DNA from: Candidatus Aminicenantales bacterium
GTDB taxonomy: Bacteria; Acidobacteriota; Aminicenantia; Aminicenantales; Saccharicenantaceae
Direction: 5' to 3'
Assembly: GCA_049512315.1 (NCBI GenBank)
Contig: JBEKXF010000013.1
Span: 1-64,000, forward strand
Length of the DNA: 64,000 nucleotides
Shown: positions 16,959-27,053 of the stretch, in pieces
Layout of the letters: every line of letters starts with the position of its first letter
Position numbering within the stretch: the stretch's first letter is position 1
Program-made: the position numbers and the translations under genes
Notes under the pieces: generated by a model
What the model saw: the letters and a program-made list of their open reading frames with translations, nothing else
What the model was told of the DNA's origin: nothing
Database searches by the model: none

Positions 16959-17056
16959 AGGCGCTCAATCGCACGACTTGGGTGACATCGTCAGTCTCGA
17001 AGCGGCTCACTCCCGAATTCCCGGACAGACGTGATTTATCGTAAAGGCGAAAGTCT

Positions 17057-19147
17057 ATGAGCACAGAAATCGCGAAGATGCGCAACATCGGCATCAGCGC
17101 CCACATCGATTCCGGCAAGACCACCTTGACGGAGCGGATCCTCTTTTACTGCAAGAAGATCCACAAGATCCACGAGGTCAAGGGCAAGGACGGCGTCGGC
17201 GCGACCATGGACTCCATGGACCTCGAGCGTGAGCGGGGCATCACGATCGCCTCGGCCACGACCAACGTCACGTGGGACGACCATTCCATCAACATCATCG
17301 ACACGCCCGGCCACGTCGACTTCACGATCGAGGTCGAGCGCTCCCTCCGGGTCCTCGACTCGGCCATCCTCGTCCTCTGCTCGGTCGGCGGCGTCCAGTC
17401 CCAGACGATCACGGTCGACCGCCAGCTCCGGCGCTACGACGTCCCCTTCATCGCCTTCATCAACAAGCTCGACCGGGTCGGCGCCAACCCCTTCAAGGTC
17501 CGCGACCAGATCACGGAAAAGCTCGGTCATAACGCCGTCCTCATGCAGGTCCCGGTCGGCCTGGAAGACCGCTTCAAGGGGATCATCGACCTGGTCACGA
17601 TGAAGGCGCTTTATTTCGACGGTCCGGACGGTGAAGTCGTCCGGGCCGAGCCGATCCCGGCGGAGCTCGAGGCCGAGGCGCGAAAAGTGCGGGAGACGAT
17701 GCTCGACGCCGTCTCCATGTTCTCGGACGAACTCATGGAAGCCGCTCTCAACGGACGGGCCACCGAGGCCATGATCCACGCCGCCGTGCGCAAGGGCACG
17801 ATCGCCCGCAAGCTCATGCCCGTCTTTATCGGCTCCGCCTTCAAAAACAAGGGTATCCAACCACTCCTCGACGGCGTCGTCCGCTACCTGCCCAACCCTT
17901 CCGAAGTGGAAAACAAGGCGATCGACCTGGACCAGGAAGGGGTCGAGCATGTCCTCGTGGCGGACCCGGAGGGCAAAACCGTGGCCCTGGCCTTCAAGCT
18001 CGAGGAGGGCCCCTACGGCCAGCTGACCTACATCCGCATCTATCAGGGAAGCGTCCGCCGGGGCGACGAACTCATCAACACCCGGTCCGACCAGAAGATC
18101 AAGGTTGGACGGCTCGTCCGGATGCACGCCGACAACATGGCGGAGATCCAGGGCGCCGAGTGCGGCGACATCGTCGCCCTCTTCGGCGTCGATTGCGCCT
18201 CGGGCGACACCTTCTGCAGCCCGGGCCTGAACCTGGCCATGACGCCCATCTTCGTCCCCGACCCGGTCATCTCCCTGGCCATTACGACCGTGGACAACAG
18301 CGCCGCGGACCGGGTGGCCAAGGCCCTCAACCGGTTCACCAAAGAGGACCCCACGTTCCGGACCCACGTCGACCCCGAATCCAACCAGACCATCATCCAG
18401 GGCATGGGCGAGCTCCATCTCGACATCTACATCGAGCGCATGAAGCGCGAGTACCGGGCCGAGGTCCAGACGGGCATGCCCCAGGTCGCCTACCGCGAGG
18501 CCATCAGCCAGCGCGTCGAGTTCGACTACACCCACAAGAAGCAGACGGGCGGCGCCGGTCAGTACGCCCGGGTCATCGGCTACATCGAGCCCCTCGCCAA
18601 GGCGACCTACGAATTCGTGAACGAGGTCAAGGGCGGCCGCATCCCCCGGGAGTTCATCCCCTCCTGCGACAAGGGGTTCAAGGCCGTCCTTCGGAAGGGC
18701 CCGCTCATCGGCTTTCCCGTAACGGGGATCAAGGTCGTCGTAAACGACGGTCAGTACCACCCGGTGGATTCTTCCGACATCGCCTTCCAGATGGCCGCTC
18801 AAGGCGCGTTCCGGCAGGTCTACATGAAGGCCAAGCCCCAGATCCTCGAGCCCATCATGAAGGTCTCCGTCGAAGGGCCGAGCGAGTTCGCCGGCAACGT
18901 CTTCGCCACGATCAGTCAGAGGCGCGGGATCATCGTCAGCTCGGTCGAGGACGGGATGTTTGCCCGGGTCGACGCCGAGGTCCCGCTCAGCGAGATGTTC
19001 GGCTACTCGTCGGTCCTGCGGTCGCTGACCCAGGGCAAGGCCGAGTTCACCATGGAATTCCTGAAGTACGGCAGGGTCCCGCCGCACGTCGCCGAGCTCC
19101 TGAAGGAGCAGTACCTGGAAAAACAGAGGAAGGCCTCCCAGAAATAA
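17057..19147 (+). CDS. fusA: Translation elongation factor G (stand-alone copy)
   Basis: [59 protein letters not shown]; 696 aa. Confidence 0.96.
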   Translation: MSTEIAKMRNIGISAHIDSGKTTLTERILFYCKKIHKIHEVKGKDGVGATMDSMDLERERGITIASATTNVTWDDHSINIIDTPGHVDFTIEVERSLRVLDSAILVLCSVGGVQSQTITVDRQLRRYDVPFIAFINKLDRVGANPFKVRDQITEKLGHNAVLMQVPVGLEDRFKGIIDLVTMKALYFDGPDGEVVRAEPIPAELEAEARKVRETMLDAVSMFSDELMEAALNGRATEAMIHAAVRKGTIARKLMPVFIGSAFKNKGIQPLLDGVVRYLPNPSEVENKAIDLDQEGVEHVLVADPEGKTVALAFKLEEGPYGQLTYIRIYQGSVRRGDELINTRSDQKIKVGRLVRMHADNMAEIQGAECGDIVALFGVDCASGDTFCSPGLNLAMTPIFVPDPVISLAITTVDNSAADRVAKALNRFTKEDPTFRTHVDPESNQTIIQGMGELHLDIYIERMKREYRAEVQTGMPQVAYREAISQRVEFDYTHKKQTGGAGQYARVIGYIEPLAKATYEFVNEVKGGRIPREFIPSCDKGFKAVLRKGPLIGFPVTGIKVVVNDGQYHPVDSSDIAFQMAAQGAFRQVYMKAKPQILEPIMKVSVEGPSEFAGNVFATISQRRGIIVSSVEDGMFARVDAEVPLSEMFGYSSVLRSLTQGKAEFTMEFLKYGRVPPHVAELLKEQYLEKQRKASQK

Positions 19148-19161
19148 CGAGAGGAGATGCC

Positions 19162-19890
19162 ATGACGCTCACGGTGAAAGAAGAACTCATCAAGCGGAGC
19201 CCCCTGAGGCTCCTCGAAAAGTCGATCTCGGGCGGGCTCGGGCACGGCAATATCGGCGTCCTCGCCTCCCGGAAAGGGGTCGGGAAGACGGCCTGCCTGG
19301 TCCACATCGCCGCGGACAAACTCCTCCAGGGAAAGCACATCATCCACGTCTCCTACGCCAGCCGTGTCGACCACATCATCAACTGGTACGAGGATATCTT
19401 CAAGGAGATCGCCAAGAAGCCCGGGATGAAGTCCGCCCTCGAGATGTACGACGAGCTCATCCGCAACCGGGTCATCATGAACTTCAAGCAGGAAGGGACG
19501 AGGACCGAACAGGTCCTGAAGAGCCTGGAGGCCATGATCGTTCACGGCCAGTTCGGGGCCGAGACGGTCATCGTGGACGGCCTCGATTTCAGCCAAGCCG
19601 GGCTGGAAGATCTGCGGAAATTCAAGGACTTCGCCGGCCGCCTCGGCCTCGAGGTCTGGTTCAGCGCCTCCCTCCGGGGGGACGAGCCCCTCTTCGATGA
19701 GCGGGGGATCCCGTTCATGCTCAAGGACCACCTGGGCGCGATCGACGTCCTGATCTCCCTCCAGCATCACGGCGACCACGTCCACTTCAGTCTAGTCAAG
19801 GACCACGACCGGCTGGCCCCCAAGGACATGCGCCTGAAGCTTGACCCGAAGACGCTCCTGATCGTGCGAGACGTCGCCCGCCCGGTGTAA
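19162..19890 (+). CDS. Uncharacterised RecA/KaiC-like P-loop NTPase domain protein
   Basis: GGLGHGNIGVLASRKGVGKT (Walker A-like), VIVDG (Walker B-like); SD GAGGAG; starts 14 bp after fusA stop. Confidence 0.65.
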   Translation: MTLTVKEELIKRSPLRLLEKSISGGLGHGNIGVLASRKGVGKTACLVHIAADKLLQGKHIIHVSYASRVDHIINWYEDIFKEIAKKPGMKSALEMYDELIRNRVIMNFKQEGTRTEQVLKSLEAMIVHGQFGAETVIVDGLDFSQAGLEDLRKFKDFAGRLGLEVWFSASLRGDEPLFDERGIPFMLKDHLGAIDVLISLQHHGDHVHFSLVKDHDRLAPKDMRLKLDPKTLLIVRDVARPV

Positions 19891-20002
19891 GGGCTATTTT
19901 GGGCCCAGAACCCGTCTCCCGTTGAGCCGGGAGCCTTACCAGCGGGGCCGTTTTGTGTTATATCTCCCTTAAGCCCCTTGACGGGGACATCGACAGAGTC
20001 AT

Positions 20003-20656
20003 ATGGAAGCCCAGCGCCTGGCCATCATCGACCTCGACGGCACTCTCCTCAGAAGGAAGAGTTCCGAATACTCGTTCTTCGGCTTCATCGTCCTGCGCGG
20101 GAAGATCGGGCCGCTCCGCCTGGCCTCCTTCCTGCTGACCTTCTTCAGGGACGCGCTGAAGCTCGGGCTGCGCCAGGCCATCGGCTGGAACGCCACATAC
20201 CTCAGGGGAAAAACGCCGGAGACGCTCGAGGCCTGGGCCCGCAGATATGGAAGGGCCTACCTCCGGGAGGCCGTTCCGGAGGGACTTCAGGCGAGGATCC
20301 GCCGGCTCAAGACCGAGGGCTGCCTCATCATCCTTCTCTCGGGCTCTCTCCAGGTCCTGGTCAGCGAGCTCAAGGAGAAGCTCGGAGCCGATATCATCAT
20401 CGGCCGCGAGCTCGAAGTCGTGGGAGGAAAGCTCACCGGCCACCGCAGGGGGATCTATCCCTACGCCCGCCAGAAGGTCGAGGCCCTTTTCCAGAAGGTC
20501 AGCCCGGCCCAGGTCGATTGGCAGGAATGTTGGGCGCTGGCTGACCGTTTGTCGGACCTTCCCGTCCTCGAGCTCGTCGGCCATCCCGTGGCCGTCCACC
20601 CCACCGCCAGACTCCGCCGCCACGCCCGGCAGCATGGCTGGGAGATCATCGACTGA
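20003..20656 (+). CDS. HAD-IB family phosphatase (SerB-like)
   Basis: Motif I DLDGT, motif II LSGS, conserved Lys, ADRLSDLPVLELVGHPVAV. Confidence 0.82.
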   Translation: MEAQRLAIIDLDGTLLRRKSSEYSFFGFIVLRGKIGPLRLASFLLTFFRDALKLGLRQAIGWNATYLRGKTPETLEAWARRYGRAYLREAVPEGLQARIRRLKTEGCLIILLSGSLQVLVSELKEKLGADIIIGRELEVVGGKLTGHRRGIYPYARQKVEALFQKVSPAQVDWQECWALADRLSDLPVLELVGHPVAVHPTARLRRHARQHGWEIID

Positions 20657-20661
20657 GCGAG

Positions 20662-22359
20662 TTAAAAGGAGAATTCCAGGCCGGCGAACGTCCTTTTCTC
20701 CAGCCGGTGGACCCGCACTTCGAGGAGCCTCCCCCACCGCCGGATGCCCTCGAAACTCACGAATAGCTCCAACGGGGCGTGGGGCACCTTCCAGCCGGCG
20801 CCGAGGAGATAGCGGAACCGGTTGTCATCGAGATGGGCGTTGTTCGTGACCTGATTTTTGAACCTGTCCAGGAAATCGGCCGAGCTCCAGGCGCCGAAAC
20901 TAGCCAGAGCGCGGGCCCTGAGACCTTGCCACTCCAGGTTCGTCTGCCCGGAAAAGGTCCCGCCGAAAGCATAGTAGTAGCCGTAATAGAGGATCGTCGT
21001 CTTCATCCCGTCGATGGTATCGTCGGGGAGGGAGTGATGAAGCGCCGAGTACGCGTTGAGGGCGTAGGAATTGACCAGGGCGAAATCGAAATAGGCCTCG
21101 GCCACGGTCCGGAGCTTCAGGCCGCGCCGGAAAACGGTCCAGTCCAGGATCGGCCCGGCGATGTGGAGGATGGCCAACTTGTCGGTGAAATCCCTGGGCC
21201 GCTCGAGGTGGAGGTCGATGCCCTGGTTGACCGGCACGGGGTCGGAGTCGAAGGAGTCGACGGACCTTTTCTTGAAATACTCGAAGAAAGAACCGAGCCC
21301 GACCGTCAAGCTGTAGCCCTGGAGGTCGTCGCCGATCTTCTGCCGGAAATAGCCCCACGGCACGGCGCCCATATAGAGATTCGTTTCGTCGGCGTGCCCG
21401 TTGCGAACGGTATAATCCACGCTGATATCACTCCAATAAGTATCCGTGAGGGTTTCTTGGATGTCCCCGGGTTTGCCGTACTCCGGGATCCCGAGGATCC
21501 GGGTACGAAGGCCGAAATAGGCACCGGTCTCGGCGGCTTGGCCGGCCGTGGAGAGATTCCGTGCTCCGGCGAACAGGCTGAAGTCGTGCCATCCCGGCGG
21601 CACGTAACTTTTCGCGGCTGGGTCTTTGCGGTCCAGCCAGCCGTTGAATTTGACGAGGGGGTTGATGAAACTCAAAGCCTGGAGAAGAAAGCCGGACTGA
21701 TGGCTCAAATAGCGGCCCACATCGTACCACGGCTCGCCCGTGGCGAACGCGCCTATGCCCGTCATGATCTGGTCGTTGACGGAGATGACTTCCTTCCACT
21801 CCACTAAGCCTTCCCAATACGTCGACCCGGCGACGGCCATCAGCCAGGACTGGAGCCAGGACAGGTGGTTCGTCCGGGCGAGCTCATAATAGATCCCACC
21901 CGCCATGCTGTGGGTCCAGTTGAGCTTGAAGTTGTTCGAATCGAAGCGCCAACCCTCGAGCATGAAGAATCTCTTGATCTGGACGTCGAACTTGAGCTGA
22001 AACTGCCAATCCTCCGGGAAAGCGGCCCGGCTCCAATAGCTGATGGTGGAATAGGTCAGGAAGCCGCCCAGTTCAAGCCAGGCGCGCCAGGTTTTTTTCT
22101 TGGGCCCGGTTCCGGCTGCCTGAGAGCCGGACGGATCACCGGATTTCTGCTCACCGGGGATGGCCTGGGAAAATATCCCTGCCCCGAAGGTCCGGCCGGA
22201 CTCCGAAAGCACCGGCTGAAACGGAAGGCGGAAGGAGAAGGGTTCATCGGCCCCCGAAAATGAGGGCCGGGGGATCGCGACGGCAGGGAGCGGAGCTGAG
22301 GAAGCTAGCCAGAGGGCCGCTACGCCTGCCGCCGCCAAGGGCTTTTTATGGCGGGTCAT
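20662..22359 (-). CDS. Putative outer-membrane protein (DUF3943-like N-terminal region)
   Basis: Signal peptide; FDSNNFKLNWTHS.AG..YY..AR...WE...E..SVND...GE pattern; aromatic-rich strands; ends AGLEFSF. Confidence 0.55.
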   Translation of the reverse strand: MTRHKKPLAAAGVAALWLASSAPLPAVAIPRPSFSGADEPFSFRLPFQPVLSESGRTFGAGIFSQAIPGEQKSGDPSGSQAAGTGPKKKTWRAWLELGGFLTYSTISYWSRAAFPEDWQFQLKFDVQIKRFFMLEGWRFDSNNFKLNWTHSMAGGIYYELARTNHLSWLQSWLMAVAGSTYWEGLVEWKEVISVNDQIMTGIGAFATGEPWYDVGRYLSHQSGFLLQALSFINPLVKFNGWLDRKDPAAKSYVPPGWHDFSLFAGARNLSTAGQAAETGAYFGLRTRILGIPEYGKPGDIQETLTDTYWSDISVDYTVRNGHADETNLYMGAVPWGYFRQKIGDDLQGYSLTVGLGSFFEYFKKRSVDSFDSDPVPVNQGIDLHLERPRDFTDKLAILHIAGPILDWTVFRRGLKLRTVAEAYFDFALVNSYALNAYSALHHSLPDDTIDGMKTTILYYGYYYAFGGTFSGQTNLEWQGLRARALASFGAWSSADFLDRFKNQVTNNAHLDDNRFRYLLGAGWKVPHAPLELFVSFEGIRRWGRLLEVRVHRLEKRTFAGLEFSF

Positions 22360-22626
22360 CCGTCCTCATTCCTCTTTCCTAAAGAACGCTAACATAGGCC
22401 TTTCCGGGGGGTTCGTCAAGATTTGAAGAGGCGAGAGCCTAAATTCCGGCTATGCGCCCTGGATGGGAAAAGGATTGCGCAAGGGGGGCCTCATCCCTAT
22501 AATGGGCGCGAGGTCCCCGTAAGCCCTGTGCGCCTCTCGAGCTCGTTTCGTCAAAAAATCGCAGCTTTTGTCTTGCCCGTTCTTGCCACGGCGGGGATCG
22601 CCGCCGCTAGAGAAAAGGAGGTCGCC

Positions 22627-25443
22627 TTGGCCGAACAAAAGCAGAAAGCCGGAATCCGGCAGGCGGCCGTTCACGGCATCCTGTCGCTTCTCCTGTTTTT
22701 CTCCCTGAGGGCGGCGGGCGCGGCCGAGGACCTGCAATACCTCGAACTCGCGACGCGCAACGGCCTGGCCATCCGATCCTATCAGCTCTCGAGCGGCGGA
22801 GCATTCCTCCTTCCCTCTCCCCGGCCGCTCTTTTCGGTCCGGGTCGACGGCATCCTCGTCTCATCGGCCGGGGCCCGGGTCCGCCAGGACCGCGACCTCA
22901 TCGTTGCCGAGCTCACGGAGGGCGTTTCCGGCCGGTTCCGGGTCGGCCACAAGTCCGAGCTCGGCTGGAAGATCGACCTCGTCCTTGAGAACGGCTCCAA
23001 GAAACCCGTCACCCTCGAGAACCTCGTCCCCTTCGGCGAGGACCCCGGGAACGTTTTCATCACCGGCTACGGGCCGCCCGCCCTGGCCCGGGCCGGGCTC
23101 TTCCGCCCCGGAAAGAAACCGGTCAGCGTCATCCTGCCCGACAACGCCTGGGAGCTGGGCTATGGGGCCGTCGAACGGCCCGGCAGCTATTCCCTGTGCG
23201 GTCTGGCCCGCCGCGGCAAGGGCGTCAAGGCCGAGCTCCGGCGCTATCGGACGGTCCTCGAGCCCGGCGGAACGGTCGAATACACGATCCACGCCGACGT
23301 CTATGACGGCGCGTGGCAGGAGGGGCTCCGGGCCATGTTCCACGACCGGCGGCTCTTCGACCTGGAGAGGTTCGACCGGACCCTTTACGACCGCCCCGAC
23401 CTCGCCTGGATCCGAAAGAGCTTCGTCATGGTCCTCCAGACGGCCTGGGACCGGGAGTTCTTCGACCGCGGGGCCGGCCGATACGGATTCGAGAAGTTCC
23501 TCGAGAAGGGCCGGACGCTTCTCGGCGGCTACGACGTCTTCGGGATCTGGCCGACCTGGCCGAGGCTCGGCCTCGACGACAGGAACCAGTGGGACCTCTA
23601 TCGCGACCTTCCCGGCGGCCTGGCGAAGGTCCGCGAGCTCGTCGACGTCGCCCACAAGCAGGGAACGCGGTTCTTCATCGTTTTGAACCCGTGGGACACG
23701 GACACGCGCCGGGAAAAGCCATTGGAGGGCCTGGCCGGGCTCATCCGCGGCCTCGACGCCGACGGGGTCGTCCTCGACACCATGGGCGGCTCCACGAAGG
23801 AGGCCCAGGAGGCGGCCGACGCCGTCAAGGCGGGCGTCATCATGTATAGCGAGGGGATGCCGGTGCCGAAAGACATGCCGGGCATCGTCGCCAGCCGGGT
23901 CCATGACGCGATCCCGCTCTCGCCCGTTCTCAACCTCAACCGTTTGATCGAGCCCGAGTTCACGATTTTCCGAGTGACGCAGCTCGCCGACGGCGACCTC
24001 CACCGGGAGGTCGCCATCGCTTTTTTCAACGGCTACGGCGTCGAGATCAATGCCTTCAAGGCCGGCCGCCCCGACTGGGTCGAGCCCGACCTGCGGACCC
24101 TGGGCCGGGCGGCCATGCTCCTGAGGGCCAACACTTCGGTTCTCAAAACCGCGGCCTGGACGCCGCTCGTCCGGACGCTCAAGGATGGGATCTGGGTCAA
24201 TGAGTGGCCCGGGGACGGCAAAACGCTTTATACCATCTATTCGGATGAACCAGCGGGGTTCCAGGGCCCCCTCTTCGCATCCCGAGCAGATGAAGGCTTT
24301 CGTTTCATCGACCTCTGGAACCACGCCGAGGTCGCGCCCCTGGTCATCGACGGAGAAAGCGTCCTCCCCGCGTCCCTCCCGCCTTTCCCCGCTTCGTCTG
24401 CCGGGTCACGCCGCGAGGGCGCGATCGGCTGCGTCGGCCGGTTCAAGAAGAGCCTGGAGGCGGAGATCGAGGGTGATACCCTCCGGCTGAGATCCACGTC
24501 CGGAGATAAGATTCTGGTCTGGCCGGGAAACCCTTCCTACGATAAAACGCCCACGAAAGTCGCGGTCGGGGAGTCCTCCCGGCCCCTGGCCGGCCTGCTC
24601 GGCTCATACCGCGGAAAAATCGTCGTCCAGCTCTTCGACGGAACGGAGCTCGTGGACGAGCGTGTCCTCTCGGTCGAACCGGGGACGCCCTTCAGGCCGG
24701 GAACCGTCGAAACGACCGGGACGGCGGTCACGGCGCCGCCGGGGATGGTGGAAATCCCGGCGGCCGTTTACGAATTTTCCGTGAATCCGGCCGACACCTT
24801 CATTTCCTTGCCGGATCTCTCGAACCCGCGGAACGTCGGGATCGAGCGGTTCTTCATGGACGCCCGGCCTGTGACCAACCTCGAGTTCAAGAAGTTCGTG
24901 GACGAAACGGGATACAGGCCCGCCGACGCCGCGAACTTCCTCAAGCACTGGACGGACGGAAAATTCCCGGCCGGCCAGGCCGATCATCCCGTCGTCTACG
25001 TGAGCCTGGAGGACGCCAAGGCCTACGCCAAATGGGCCGGGAAGAGGCTGCCCACGGAGATCGAATGGCAATACGCGGCCCAGGGCACGGACGGCCGGAC
25101 CTGGCCGTGGGGAAAAACCTACGTCAGGGGCTTCTGCAACGACAACTCAGGACAGGCGACGTCGGTCACGGCCTTCCCCCGCGGGAAGAGCCCCTTCGGC
25201 GTCCTCGACCTCGTCGGCAACGTCTGGCAGATGACGGCCGACGTCTACGACACGTCGAGCTATTCCTACGTCATCATCCGGGGCGGCAGCTTCTGGAATC
25301 CGACCTCGAGCCAATGGTATCCCAAGGGCGGCCCCCAGCCCCTCGACGAGCACCAGCTGCTCCTCCTCGTGTCCCCCGGGTTCGACCGGAGCCCGAACGT
25401 CGGCTTCCGCTGCGTCAAAGACGCGGCGAAAAAAGAGCGCTGA
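22627..25443 (+). CDS. Secreted multidomain protein with C-terminal formylglycine-generating-enzyme (SUMF1/FGE)-like domain
   Basis: SD AAGGAGG + TTG 22627, then a signal peptide; C-terminal VTNLEF, HPVVYVS, RLPTEIEWQYAA, DLVGNVWQ, RGGS, VGFRC. Confidence 0.75.
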   Translation: MAEQKQKAGIRQAAVHGILSLLLFFSLRAAGAAEDLQYLELATRNGLAIRSYQLSSGGAFLLPSPRPLFSVRVDGILVSSAGARVRQDRDLIVAELTEGVSGRFRVGHKSELGWKIDLVLENGSKKPVTLENLVPFGEDPGNVFITGYGPPALARAGLFRPGKKPVSVILPDNAWELGYGAVERPGSYSLCGLARRGKGVKAELRRYRTVLEPGGTVEYTIHADVYDGAWQEGLRAMFHDRRLFDLERFDRTLYDRPDLAWIRKSFVMVLQTAWDREFFDRGAGRYGFEKFLEKGRTLLGGYDVFGIWPTWPRLGLDDRNQWDLYRDLPGGLAKVRELVDVAHKQGTRFFIVLNPWDTDTRREKPLEGLAGLIRGLDADGVVLDTMGGSTKEAQEAADAVKAGVIMYSEGMPVPKDMPGIVASRVHDAIPLSPVLNLNRLIEPEFTIFRVTQLADGDLHREVAIAFFNGYGVEINAFKAGRPDWVEPDLRTLGRAAMLLRANTSVLKTAAWTPLVRTLKDGIWVNEWPGDGKTLYTIYSDEPAGFQGPLFASRADEGFRFIDLWNHAEVAPLVIDGESVLPASLPPFPASSAGSRREGAIGCVGRFKKSLEAEIEGDTLRLRSTSGDKILVWPGNPSYDKTPTKVAVGESSRPLAGLLGSYRGKIVVQLFDGTELVDERVLSVEPGTPFRPGTVETTGTAVTAPPGMVEIPAAVYEFSVNPADTFISLPDLSNPRNVGIERFFMDARPVTNLEFKKFVDETGYRPADAANFLKHWTDGKFPAGQADHPVVYVSLEDAKAYAKWAGKRLPTEIEWQYAAQGTDGRTWPWGKTYVRGFCNDNSGQATSVTAFPRGKSPFGVLDLVGNVWQMTADVYDTSSYSYVIIRGGSFWNPTSSQWYPKGGPQPLDEHQLLLLVSPGFDRSPNVGFRCVKDAAKKER

Positions 25444-25461
25444 AAAACGGAGATCCAAACC

Positions 25462-26952
25462 ATGAACACAGAAGAGAAAACGCACCGCGCGATCCTGGCG
25501 AACATCGCCGAAAGGGCGATGCGGGAGAGCGGCCTGCTCCCCGACTTCTCGGCGGACACTCTCGCGGAGCTCGCCGGGATCCGCTCCCCCGCCGCAGCCG
25601 GCGCCGATTCCGTCCGCGACCTGCGTGACCTCCTGTGGTCGTCCCTCGACAATGATGATTCCCGCGACCTGGACCAGCTGACCGTCGCCCAGGCGATGCC
25701 GGGAGATGCCGTCAAGGTCCTGGTCGCCGTGGCCGACGTGGACGCGCTCGTCCAAAGCGGTTCGGCCATCGACGGGCACGCCGGCCATAATACGACGTCC
25801 GTGTATACGGCAGCCCGGATCTTCCCCATGCTTCCCGAGAAGCTCTCGACCAATCTGACCTCGCTCAATCCCGGCGTAGACCGGCTGGCCATCGTCGTCG
25901 AAATGATCGTGGGACCGGACGGGTCGCTCGGGGACTCCGGAATTTATCGGGCTCTTGTCCGAAATCGGGCCCAGCTCGCCTACAACGGCGTCGCGGCCTG
26001 GCTCGAGGGCCGGAGCCCCGTGCCGGAAGCCGCGGCGGACGTGGCGGGGCTCGCCGAAAACCTCCGCCTGCAGGTCCAAGCCGCCGGTCGCCTGAAAAAC
26101 TTCCGTCACCTCAACGGAGCTTTGATTCTCGAAACGATCGAAGCGAAACCGGTCTTCGAGGGCGACCGGATCCGGGATCTCGAGACCGAACACAAGAACC
26201 TGGCCAAGGATCTCATCGAGGATTTCATGATCGCGGCCAACGGCACGACCGCCAGATACCTCTCCTCGAGACGGTTCCCGTCCATCCGCCGCGTCGTCCG
26301 GGTGCCGAAGCGATGGCCGCGCATCGTCGAGATCGCCGGGGAGCGCGGCTTCGCGCTTCCGGCGGACCCGGATTCGAAGGCCCTCGAGGAATTCCTCGCC
26401 AAGTCCAAGGCCTCCGACCCGCTCCGGTTTCCCGACCTGTCGCTCTCCGTCATCAAGCTCATGGGAGCCGGTGAATACGTCGCGGAAGCCCCCGGCGGGA
26501 CCGCGCCGGGTCACTTCGGCCTCGCTGTCAGGGACTACTCCCATTCCACGGCCCCCAACCGCCGGTACACCGACCTCGTCACCCAGCGCCTGCTGAAGGC
26601 CGCTCTCTCGGGGCGGGCCGTCCCGTACGGCCCAGACGAATTGGAGGCTCTCGCCCGGCACTGCACGGAGGAAGAGGACGTCGCGAACAAGGTCGAGCGG
26701 CGGGTCGGCAAGTCCGCGGCGGCCCTTCTCCTCGAATCGCGGATCGGAGAACAGTTCGAGACGATCGTCACCGGGGCATCGGACAAGGGCACGTGGGTCC
26801 GTCTCCTCGCCGTGCCCGTCGAGGGACGGCTGGTCCGAGGATTCCAAGGGGTCGATGTCGGCGATCGTGTCCGCGTCCAGCTGCTCTCGGTCGATGTCGA
26901 CCGGGGATTCATCGATTTTGGGAAAGTCGGGGCCTCCGCGGCCGCGTCATAA
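25462..26952 (+). CDS. RNB-domain exoribonuclease (RNase II family, lacking N-terminal cold-shock domains)
   Basis: LDNDDSRDLDQ, VAVADV, LIEDFMIAAN, HFGLA...YSHSTAPNRRYTDL, C-terminal S1-like region. Confidence 0.88.
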   Translation: MNTEEKTHRAILANIAERAMRESGLLPDFSADTLAELAGIRSPAAAGADSVRDLRDLLWSSLDNDDSRDLDQLTVAQAMPGDAVKVLVAVADVDALVQSGSAIDGHAGHNTTSVYTAARIFPMLPEKLSTNLTSLNPGVDRLAIVVEMIVGPDGSLGDSGIYRALVRNRAQLAYNGVAAWLEGRSPVPEAAADVAGLAENLRLQVQAAGRLKNFRHLNGALILETIEAKPVFEGDRIRDLETEHKNLAKDLIEDFMIAANGTTARYLSSRRFPSIRRVVRVPKRWPRIVEIAGERGFALPADPDSKALEEFLAKSKASDPLRFPDLSLSVIKLMGAGEYVAEAPGGTAPGHFGLAVRDYSHSTAPNRRYTDLVTQRLLKAALSGRAVPYGPDELEALARHCTEEEDVANKVERRVGKSAAALLLESRIGEQFETIVTGASDKGTWVRLLAVPVEGRLVRGFQGVDVGDRVRVQLLSVDVDRGFIDFGKVGASAAAS

Positions 26953-26995
26953 GCGGAAATCCCGCCGGGCGTCCGGCCCCCGGAATGCCGTTTCC

Positions 26996-27024
26996 TTGAG
27001 CCCGAACGGACCGCTGAGTATAAT
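26996..27024 (+). promoter_or_regulatory. Putative sigma70 promoter for M16 pair
   Basis: TTGAGC (26996-27001), 17 bp, TATAAT (27019-27024); SD GGAGG before ATG 27054. Confidence 0.55.
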
Positions 27025-27053
27025 GAATGATCATTCTCTCTGGAGGTGACGGC

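Noticed and set aside
24700..25443. FGE/CLec-fold domain as a diversity-generating retroelement target
   Set aside because: No reverse transcriptase and no second copy (template repeat) of the 3' region seen in the window.
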